Source: Nitrospinaceae bacterium (lineage in GTDB: Bacteria; Nitrospinota; Nitrospinia; Nitrospinales; VA-1). Taken from it: a DNA stretch of 64,000 nt. The stretch lies in assembly GCA_046754465.1 (NCBI GenBank), contig JBHHVU010000003.1, forward strand, positions 46,700 to 110,699. Direction: 5' to 3'. Under the pieces are notes generated by a model. It worked only from the letters and a program-made list of their open reading frames with translations, searched no databases and was not told the origin of the DNA. Below, piece after piece: positions 39,268-48,623 of this stretch; positions within the stretch are counted from its first letter, which is position 1, and every line of letters begins with the position of its first letter. The translations under genes were made by a program, and so were the position numbers.

Positions 39268-40057
39268 ATGAATAAATTAACTGATTTAAAACCACCACCG
39301 GATTGGGGGGATGACCGCCTATCGTATTTCCTTAAAGGCCAGGAGCAAAATACTCTATCCATTCGGTTAAATCAGGAAAGGTTCTTTCGTTTTTTTCAGG
39401 AAATATGTGACACCTTTGGGGATTTAATTGAGGCTTTATCGGAATCAAAAAATGATACTGAAAGATACTTATCTTATTTTCCCTCTATGTCAGTAACTGC
39501 ATATTTAGCCACCATTCGTTTGGCTTTTGGAGGGCAAAGACCGCCAGCTTATATGACCGCAAGAGGTTGCTTGGAAAATGCCCTTTGTTGTTTTCATATT
39601 TTCAAAAAATCAGAAGCCCTAAATATTTGGAAAGGAAGGAGCAAAAATTCGGAAAGTAGAAAAAAATTTTAGAAATGAATTTACATATTATAATGCAAAA
39701 AATACCCTAAAAGATCAGGATCAAAACCTCGCAGAAAAAGTTAACGAATTGTACGATTTAACCATCGATAAGGGAGGCCATCCAAATATCGAGGCATTAA
39801 CAGAAAACTTGGATATTAATTCAACAAATGGGACACAAAAAGATTATTTTGTTGTTCCAGATCCAAGAGAAAATCCGGGCCAATTTTTTGCTTTTCTTTA
39901 TGATGTTTACCAAATTGGAATAGCAAGTCTTATAATTTTCAACCTGGTTTTTGAGGATAAACTTTCCCAATTAGACTTATCAGAAAAAATTAACAATTTG
40001 GATAATCCTTTTTCCAAGATGATTGAAGAAATTAGAAAAAATCAATCTTCTACCTAA
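39268..40057 (+). pseudogene. AT-rich hypothetical gene split by a single +1 frameshift near 39670
   Basis: Removing one base in AAAAAAATTTTAG joins the two ORFs into ..SRKKF-RNEFTYYNAK..LYDLTIDKGGHPN..; the helical R..LE / Y...H pattern resembles DUF5677/HEPN-like proteins. Confidence 0.65.
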
Positions 40058-40064
40058 TTTTTTC

Positions 40065-40130
40065 CTCCGCGCCCTTTGCGCCTTTGCGGTAAAGACAAAT
40101 CCCCCAAACCCCCTTTACGAAAGGGGGGTT
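40065..40130 (-). repeat. Right nested REP-like repeats (inverse of the left set) with a ccccctttacgaaaggggg hairpin
   Basis: ctccgcgccctttgcgcctttgcggtaaa is an imperfect reverse complement of 39164-39193; aaatccccc is the reverse complement of gggggattt. Confidence 0.62.
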
Positions 40131-40133
40131 TCT

Positions 40134-41834
<1,701 letters not shown>

Positions 41835-42050
41835 ATCGGCTACTCCTTTTCTGGGGGATTCCACAGAGACTATTGATTAAATTAATCTTATTTCATAATT
41901 TTAACGCTTTCCCGCGCTTCATTCTACCAAATCCGCCGGCAAAACCCGAACGCTTTAGATGAAAACGTTTTTTCAAAAAGAGGCGGGCTTGCGCAGAGAT
42001 AATAATGTACCTTTCCTCACCTGCTGATTCAAACTAGCCGAGAGAGCCGG

Positions 42051-44069
42051 TCACAACAACTCGGCGATGTCCTTGACCTGGACCTTTTCCTGCAGGCCCT
42101 TGGCCTTGAGGGCGTCTTCGAGCATGAGGACGCAAAAGGGACAGGAAACGGCGATGGTGCCGGGTTGGGTGTCCATCAGTTCGTCCACGCGTTGATGGCT
42201 CATTTTTGTGCCGGTCTTTTCTTCCAGGAGAAACCGCGCGCCGCCAGCCCCGCAGCAGGTCCCGCGTTCCCGGTGGTGTTCCGCTTCGCGCAGGGCCGTT
42301 TTCCCTGCTTTGGCGGCGATCACATCCCGGGGCGCGTCGTATTCGCCGTTATGCCGGCCCAGGTAACAGGAATCGTGGTAGACGACCTTTTCGCCTGATT
42401 TTTTCCCCTCCGGAATTTTTCCCTCTTTCATCAGATCATCGAGAAGCTGGGAGTGATGGATCACCTCGAGACGGGCGCCGAAATCGGGATATTCGTTTTT
42501 CAGGGAGTTGAAGCAATGGGGACAATGGGTGACGACCTTGCGGACTCCTTTTTCCTTAAAGGTTTCGGCATTTTTGGAAGCCAGCAGGTCGAAAAGATAT
42601 TCGTTCCCGGCTCGGCGGGCGGGGTCGCCGGTGCAGCCTTCATCCACGCCGAGGATGGAGAAATCCACTCCGGCGGCCTTGAGCGCGGCGGCGGTGGCGG
42701 CGGCGATCTTTTTCCCGCGGTTGTCGAAGGCGCCGTTGCAACCGACGAAATAAAGGTATTCGGTGGGGCGGTCCTTGTCCCACAGCTTGACGCCGAGGTC
42801 CCGAGCCCAATCGGCGCGGCTGTCCTTGCCAAATCCCCAGGGATTGCTGTTGGTCTCCAGGGATTTGAAGGCGCGGACGAATTCCTGGGGATAGCGGTCT
42901 TCCGTCATCACCAGGCCGCGCCGCAGATCGATGATTTTGGCGACGTATTCGATCATGACGGGGCATTCCTCCTCGCAGGCCCCGCAGGTGGTGCAGGACC
43001 AGAGGGTCTCGTCCAATATCACCCCGCCCAGCAGTGCGGGCGGGTCCTGGGGATCCGGCGAGGCGGCTGTTTCCCGGCCGCTCCGAGGAGCGTCCGCCCG
43101 GTTGAGGTGGTCTCTCAGGTTGAGGGTGAATTCCTTGGGCGACAGGGGTTTCCCGCTTTTCAGGGCGGGACAGAAGAGATCGCAGCGGCCGCACTCGGTG
43201 CAGGTGTGCAGGTCGAGCAGGCTCTTCCAGGAAAACTGGCCGATGCGGGTGATCCCGAACGAATCGTTTTCCTCGTCCTCGAAATCGATGCGCGCGAGGG
43301 GACTCTTCCCTTCGGGAGCATTGGAAAAATAGACGTTGGGTATGGCCGTGAGGATATGAAAATGCTTGCTCCGGGGCAGAAGGGTCAGAAAGAAGAGGAT
43401 GCTCGTCACATGCGTCCAGTAGGCGAGGTTGTGGAGTCCGGTAACGGCACTGGGGGAAAGCGGCGCCAGCAAAAAGGAAACGGCCAGGCCTAGGGGTTCC
43501 GTCAAGTCTTTGGACTCCGGATGCCGGGCAAACCAGGCGGCCTCGAACACCACGTCGCTGACCATGATGAGCAGGATCAGAACGAGGATCAGAATCCCTT
43601 CCCCCGAAAGGTTGAGCCGCCGAGGACGAACGATCAGCCGCCGGTACAGGGCGTAGCAGGCGGCCAGCGTCACCAGAAGAACAAACACGTCCTTGACCCC
43701 GCTGTAGAGATAGTGCACCGATTCGAATCCGGGATAGGGGATGGGGAAGTCCTGGAAAAAGCCAATGACAAAAAAATGCAGGGCTCTCAGAAGGAGGACC
43801 AGAAATCCCCAGAATATCAGGGCATGCATCCATCCGGCGGCCGCATTCTTCAGCAATTTCGTTTGCAGGAAGGCGATACGGAGGGTGGTCCAGATTCTTT
43901 TGAGGGGCCGATCGAACCGGTTTTCGGGCCGGGCCTGCATCATGACCCGCAATTTCGGCCCCAGGGCGGCCATGAAGATTCCGAGCGCCACCAGGGTCAA
44001 TATTCCCAAGAGGAGGGGTTGAAGGCTGGAGGAGATCCAATCCACAGCCCGGTTGCCAGCGACTTGCAT
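42051..44069 (-). CDS. Membrane Fe-S oxidoreductase (FadF/HdrF-like: NarI-like TM + 2x[4Fe-4S] + CCG domains)
   Basis: MHALIFWGF, SKHFH, CTECGRCDLFCP, CTTCGACEEECP, HCPHC, YHDSC, CCGAGG and CPFC motifs. Confidence 0.9.
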   Translation of the reverse strand: MQVAGNRAVDWISSSLQPLLLGILTLVALGIFMAALGPKLRVMMQARPENRFDRPLKRIWTTLRIAFLQTKLLKNAAAGWMHALIFWGFLVLLLRALHFFVIGFFQDFPIPYPGFESVHYLYSGVKDVFVLLVTLAACYALYRRLIVRPRRLNLSGEGILILVLILLIMVSDVVFEAAWFARHPESKDLTEPLGLAVSFLLAPLSPSAVTGLHNLAYWTHVTSILFFLTLLPRSKHFHILTAIPNVYFSNAPEGKSPLARIDFEDEENDSFGITRIGQFSWKSLLDLHTCTECGRCDLFCPALKSGKPLSPKEFTLNLRDHLNRADAPRSGRETAASPDPQDPPALLGGVILDETLWSCTTCGACEEECPVMIEYVAKIIDLRRGLVMTEDRYPQEFVRAFKSLETNSNPWGFGKDSRADWARDLGVKLWDKDRPTEYLYFVGCNGAFDNRGKKIAAATAAALKAAGVDFSILGVDEGCTGDPARRAGNEYLFDLLASKNAETFKEKGVRKVVTHCPHCFNSLKNEYPDFGARLEVIHHSQLLDDLMKEGKIPEGKKSGEKVVYHDSCYLGRHNGEYDAPRDVIAAKAGKTALREAEHHRERGTCCGAGGARFLLEEKTGTKMSHQRVDELMDTQPGTIAVSCPFCVLMLEDALKAKGLQEKVQVKDIAELL

Positions 44070-44228
44070 ACGAAGGTCCTTTGCCAGGGTGGCCGTTCCG
44101 GGGAAAATGCCCAGATTTGACTAATATATCCCCAAAAGAAACATTGTGAAACCGTTCCGTCCCGATTTTTCATCTTATTTTCGGGGCGGATCCTTATTAA
44201 TTTCCTTCATCCTATTTGATCGGCAGGA

Positions 44229-45224
44229 ATGGCTGTTGAATCTGTCCGGCCCTGTGCTATTATTGAGAAGGACATAAAAGAGACTCCCGTTTTCAATGAA
44301 AATGAAAGGGCTGCCGTGTTTTTATCTTGGCGCACCCAACTCGGATTGTTGATGGTTCTGACCTCTCTTGCCATGGTGTTCGTAGGCCGGGGAGAGGCGA
44401 TACCCGTGGGGGATGCGTATCAACGTCTGTATAAGGGGTCGGTAGACGAGGAACTGGGGGCTCAACCGATGAATGATACGGCGCCACCGGTCGACCGGTC
44501 GATCCGTCCCACATTGACACCGGGAATCAACGAACCGCATCCCATACCCGATTATATTAAAAAGTTCCCCGGCGGCGGCCCCTTCCCCAGGTATTATCTG
44601 GAATTATTGGAGGTTTCCCCGGTCCACCAGGTGCAAAGCAAAATTTTCAACAAACAGGCCTTCAGGAAAACCCGGCGAATTGGCGTGGCGGGTTTTGAAA
44701 ACAAGACGGAAGCTCCTTTCAAGGATGAAACCGCCGGGGAGATCGTCGCCAACCAAATCTCAAGGGAATTGCAGAAGAATAACAACTACGTCGTGATCCC
44801 TCCCAGCAAATTCAGGGAAGACGCCCGTTTAAAGATCATGACCACCCCGTCCAAGCCCCTTGGCAAGGAAAAAAGGCCGCCAAAGTCCAAAACGGGCAAT
44901 CACGTGCCGGGCCTGCCCTATTCCGGTGAAAAAGTGGATGCGGTGATGATCGGGGCCGTCACCAAATACATGGACTCTTATATCGATAACCGGGGCAGGA
45001 TCAAAAAAAGCCTTTCCAGCGGCGTCGAGTTCGGAGCGTATTTGGTCAACACCCAAACGGGAGAGGTGATCTGGGGAGCCCGCTTCGTCGGCACCCAATC
45101 CCCAAATCTGGTGGGATTCCTTTCCGGCGAGACAACCCATTGGCTCAACAAGGAAGAGCTATCCAAGGCGGCCATGAAATATGTCCTCAAGGCCTTTTAT
45201 GCCACCCGGAACTCCGTCCGATAA
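44229..45224 (+). CDS. Exported hypothetical protein with a CsgG/TolB-N-like domain
   Basis: RIGVAGFEN, VDAVMIGAVT and LVNTQTGEVIW pattern; true start probably further downstream. Confidence 0.6.
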   Translation: MAVESVRPCAIIEKDIKETPVFNENERAAVFLSWRTQLGLLMVLTSLAMVFVGRGEAIPVGDAYQRLYKGSVDEELGAQPMNDTAPPVDRSIRPTLTPGINEPHPIPDYIKKFPGGGPFPRYYLELLEVSPVHQVQSKIFNKQAFRKTRRIGVAGFENKTEAPFKDETAGEIVANQISRELQKNNNYVVIPPSKFREDARLKIMTTPSKPLGKEKRPPKSKTGNHVPGLPYSGEKVDAVMIGAVTKYMDSYIDNRGRIKKSLSSGVEFGAYLVNTQTGEVIWGARFVGTQSPNLVGFLSGETTHWLNKEELSKAAMKYVLKAFYATRNSVR

Positions 45225-45325
45225 GTCAATCGGCTGCGGAAAACTGATATCGGGAGACGGAACGCCGGCCCATTCGGGTCGATGTTATCGGTTTCCCGCA
45301 AGATTTTTACCTGGACGCGAACCCT

Positions 45326-46120
45326 ATGTTTGATGGCTTCACGGAGGCGGGCCCGCCTCCCCACGAAAATAAGGACCCTGAAAAAAAGAAGAAAAGGTTG
45401 TGGAGAAACCTTTTCCTTTTGAATCTGTGTGTCACGTTGTTGTTGATCGGCATTTTCTGGCTGCCGGCCAAACTGGTTCAAATGGAGAAGTTTTTCAATT
45501 CGCCCAGCGTCAATCTCCCGAAACAGGGCAAGACCGCCAAATCGCCGTCCCAGCCGGCCCCCCCGTCCCGGAACCCTAATTTAATGGAAACCCGGTACGT
45601 CGCCATCAACGCGTCCTCGGAAAAGGAGTGGACCTATTTCGATTTCTCCAGGGGCGCGGTGGTGCGGATTTTCGATCCCTCCTCGGTGGAATGGGACCTG
45701 GCATTCAGAAGGAGCAAAGTGATCAGTAACGGCGGCGCTACCAACAAGTTTGGAAATGCGGGCTTGATTGATCTGGGGGTGACCGAATTCGACTCGGTGG
45801 CCGAGGTTCCCAACGAGGACTACGTTCAGGATGTCACCACCCGGACCGAAACCGAAAATACCGTTCTCCTGAAATGGTACAAATACAATTACCTGACCCA
45901 CAAACTGAGCGCGAAAAAGAACGTTTACGCCCTGCGGACCGCCGACAACAAGTTCGCCAAGGTGCAGTTCTTGAATTTTTATTGCGACAACAAGGAAACG
46001 GGGTGCATCCGGATGCGGTACATTTACCAGAATAACGGGACCACCAGTTTCCTGAAAAACCAGGAGGGATTTTCCTCCCCCGCTGTGGCATCCAATCCGC
46101 CATCCAGGAGCATGGAATGA
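45326..46120 (+). CDS. HmuY-family heme-binding protein, membrane anchored
   Basis: WTYFDF, WDLAFRR, WYKYN and YALRTADNKFAKVQFLNFY motifs. Confidence 0.82.
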   Translation: MFDGFTEAGPPPHENKDPEKKKKRLWRNLFLLNLCVTLLLIGIFWLPAKLVQMEKFFNSPSVNLPKQGKTAKSPSQPAPPSRNPNLMETRYVAINASSEKEWTYFDFSRGAVVRIFDPSSVEWDLAFRRSKVISNGGATNKFGNAGLIDLGVTEFDSVAEVPNEDYVQDVTTRTETENTVLLKWYKYNYLTHKLSAKKNVYALRTADNKFAKVQFLNFYCDNKETGCIRMRYIYQNNGTTSFLKNQEGFSSPAVASNPPSRSME

Positions 46121-46205
46121 AACCCGCCCCCGACACGGGGCCTGAAATAAACCACCGCGATCATGCGGAATATTTTGTTGAACGAGGAACCATGGAGGAA
46201 AATAG

Positions 46206-46790
46206 ATGCCGAGTTTAAAAGGATTGTTGTTCAGCCAACTTGCCGCCGAGGGACTGAATAACCTGCTGGAGGAGATGCAGGCCAAATACAAGCCGAAACG
46301 GGGCCGCAGGTTCAATCACAACAACATCACCTACGAAATCAGCCGGCCCACATTGAAAGACTGCCATATCGAATTTGAGATCAGCTCGAAAATTCCCGAA
46401 GATGAACTCGACAACCCCAAGGATATGAAAACCTATTTTCAGGAAATTAAGAAGATTCTCTCCAAGGGAGATTTGAAACCCAGCTCGATCGAAATGGAAA
46501 ATATCGTGTGGGATTCCAAAAAGGAAACGGAAAAGACGAGAGATTATGTCAAGCTCGCTTACCAGGTTCCCCTGGACGATTTATTCGATACGGGCGAAGT
46601 CATAAATAAATTTGAGGAAATCAACCAGGGGAAAACCAAGGAGGCCATTCCTGAAATCGCCAGCGCCTTCACCCCGCAGGGGAAGCTGGTGCTGCATATG
46701 GTTCGTCAAAATATTCAGGCGATAGGCAGGCGACATATCGACGAATTGATCGCGGCCAACAAACAGGTGAGGGCGGTCATCACCCACTGA
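46206..46790 (+). CDS. Hypothetical cytoplasmic protein
   Basis: GGAGG RBS and a 194-aa ORF with coding-like composition. Confidence 0.7.
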   Translation: MPSLKGLLFSQLAAEGLNNLLEEMQAKYKPKRGRRFNHNNITYEISRPTLKDCHIEFEISSKIPEDELDNPKDMKTYFQEIKKILSKGDLKPSSIEMENIVWDSKKETEKTRDYVKLAYQVPLDDLFDTGEVINKFEEINQGKTKEAIPEIASAFTPQGKLVLHMVRQNIQAIGRRHIDELIAANKQVRAVITH

Positions 46791-46794
46791 TCTC

Positions 46795-46974
46795 ATGCGC
46801 CAGGTCTTATACTTTCTGGCACGGGCCCTGCAGGTTTTAGGGCTGGCCACCATCACCCTCGTTGTCATGCAGTTTTTTACCCAGGAAGGCATGGAATCCC
46901 TTTTGATCAAGACTCTCCTGGGAATCGGCGAATTTTATTGTGGGACTTTCGTTTTAGGGAAAATAGGTAAATAG
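46795..46974 (+). CDS. 59-aa two-TM microprotein (not in ORF track)
   Basis: MRQVLYFLARALQVLGLATITLVVMQFFTQEGMESLLIKTLLGIGEFYCGTFVLGKIGK; starts 4 nt after the upstream stop. Confidence 0.65.
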   Translation: MRQVLYFLARALQVLGLATITLVVMQFFTQEGMESLLIKTLLGIGEFYCGTFVLGKIGK

Positions 46975-47079
46975 ATCCATCAGATCCATCCAGGGAGAAC
47001 CACGGCGGGAAGGGAAAACCCTGATCCCTCAGCCGATCACACCTATCAAACCAATCCGGGGAAGCCCAAGAACTCCACC

Positions 47080-47790
47080 ATGAAGGAACTGCTTCATAAG
47101 CCCGGATTCCTGGCGCCCTCAGGAACCCTCGGGGCCGATGTCAGCTACCTGCTCGCGGTCATATTCACCCTTCTGTTTCTGGTTTCGTGGGGTTTGGCCA
47201 AAAAGGGCCAGGGTACCCGGCACCACAAGCTGATCTTCGTCTCCATGCTGTCGATGGTGATTTATTTTTGCGCTTATTACTACGCCCGACAGTTGGGAGT
47301 CCTTGCGCTGGAGGGGAAGGAAGGATTTGGCGGACCCCAGGAGATTTATAATAATGTCTTTGTCCCGGTTCTGACCACTCACCTCGTTCTGGTGACCCTG
47401 GGCCTGATCCTGGCCTTTTACATGCTTGTCGAGGGGGTCCGCGCGAGCGAAAACAAGGAGGGAATCTACACTTTAAAATCCGGCGAGCTGAAGATGCGCC
47501 CCAAAACCTTTAAAATCGTCCTGTACACGATTCTGGGGCTCTGGGCGGTCAACCAAATCATCCTGACCGTGGTCCGCCACGCTTCCTGGGGGGCCAACCT
47601 GGCGTGGGCGTTGATCTTTGCCACCATCGCCGGGGTGGTCAGCATTGAAAAGCTCATCGAGAAACTGGTTCCCGACGGCGCCAGGCGTCATCGCCTTCTG
47701 GGGAGAGGAACGATGGTGATTTTCGCCCTGATCCTCGTCACCAGCACCGCCACCTACCTGATGCTTTACGTAATTTATCCGGCGAAATAA
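47080..47790 (+). CDS. DUF420-family membrane protein
   Basis: HHKL, FGGP..IY, H..LV, HRLLGR..M and STATYLMLY motifs; multiple TMs. Confidence 0.8.
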   Translation: MKELLHKPGFLAPSGTLGADVSYLLAVIFTLLFLVSWGLAKKGQGTRHHKLIFVSMLSMVIYFCAYYYARQLGVLALEGKEGFGGPQEIYNNVFVPVLTTHLVLVTLGLILAFYMLVEGVRASENKEGIYTLKSGELKMRPKTFKIVLYTILGLWAVNQIILTVVRHASWGANLAWALIFATIAGVVSIEKLIEKLVPDGARRHRLLGRGTMVIFALILVTSTATYLMLYVIYPAK

Positions 47791-47892
47791 CCTTCCCCTT
47801 GCCCGAAAACGGGCCTTTCCCTGCTTCGTGGGTGATTTGATGAGTGAAAAAGAAATCGGGAAGGAAAATACCGAAATCCAGAGGTTTTCCCC

Positions 47893-47922
47893 TTGACACT
47901 TTTCAAATGACTGTGATAACTT
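47893..47922 (+). promoter_or_regulatory. sigma70-type promoter
   Basis: TTGACA-N18-TAACTT with an extended -10 TG. Confidence 0.5.
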
Positions 47923-47931
47923 TCCCTTGGC

Positions 47932-48039
47932 TCATAGAATCTCAAAGTACATTAACAATAAATAAGCTGCGGTCAAGCCATTGACGCCGAGGCCAATGTA
48001 AACGATGGTGTCGAAAATTTTTCCGTCTTTGCCGGCCAT
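47932..48039 (-). CDS. 35-aa single-TM microprotein (not in ORF track)
   Basis: MAGKDGKIFDTIVYIGLGVNGLTAAYLLLMYFEIL; GAGGA RBS and its own promoter. Confidence 0.65.
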   Translation of the reverse strand: MAGKDGKIFDTIVYIGLGVNGLTAAYLLLMYFEIL

Positions 48040-48074
48040 ATAATCCTCAAAAGTCATTACAGTTTAGATAAAAA

Positions 48075-48103
48075 AAATTACCTTAGACAAGGAAAACTGT
48101 CAA
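48075..48103 (-). promoter_or_regulatory. sigma70-type promoter for the 35-aa microprotein
   Basis: Minus strand TTGACA-N17-TAATTT. Confidence 0.6.
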
Positions 48104-48145
48104 GAATAAATTGATGTGAATTTTTTAACCACGAGGGACTTATAA

Positions 48146-48250
48146 ATGGATATAGAAAAAATAAAGGAAAAAATCGGACCATTTATTTATATCGGAACCG
48201 TTATCTTTTGTTTGTGGTTTTTTTACTGGTTCGCGTCCGTTTGGCGATGA
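48146..48250 (+). CDS. 34-aa single-TM microprotein (not in ORF track)
   Basis: MDIEKIKEKIGPFIYIGTVIFCLWFFYWFASVWR; GAGG RBS. Confidence 0.62.
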   Translation: MDIEKIKEKIGPFIYIGTVIFCLWFFYWFASVWR

Positions 48251-48305
48251 CAACCGGATAATCCCTTCCACAAACCAGTTAACCGTTTAGGAGATTAAGA
48301 GAACA

Positions 48306-48485
48306 ATGAATGAACCAATTCAAGAGGAAACAAGAAAATTCATCACGCCCAAATCGATCATCTGGTTCATCATCGCGTTGATCGGCATGGCATTTTACTT
48401 CCTTCTGATCAACGTGGGCCTGATGAAAGTTCAGGGGCTGGATTTTTTCTACTTGTGGACAAGCGGATCGGGCGGAGCCGGTTAA
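48306..48485 (+). CDS. 59-aa TM microprotein (not in ORF track)
   Basis: MNEPIQEETRKFITPKSIIWFIIALIGMAFYFLLINVGLMKVQGLDFFYLWTSGSGGAG; AGGAG upstream, terminator downstream. Confidence 0.7.
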   Translation: MNEPIQEETRKFITPKSIIWFIIALIGMAFYFLLINVGLMKVQGLDFFYLWTSGSGGAG

Positions 48486-48506
48486 TAGTTCTGAGTCCCT
48501 CGAAAT

Positions 48507-48546
48507 AAAAAAAATGACAGGTTTCCCGAAGCCTGTCATTTTTTTT
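48507..48546. terminator. Bidirectional intrinsic terminator
   Basis: A8-tgacagg...cctgtca-T8. Confidence 0.88.
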
Positions 48547-48623
48547 GTTTGATCGACAGACCTCACCGTTACTCCGCTCCTCCAGGGCCGGAAAGACTCC
48601 AGAACCCAACCCCCGCGAACACC

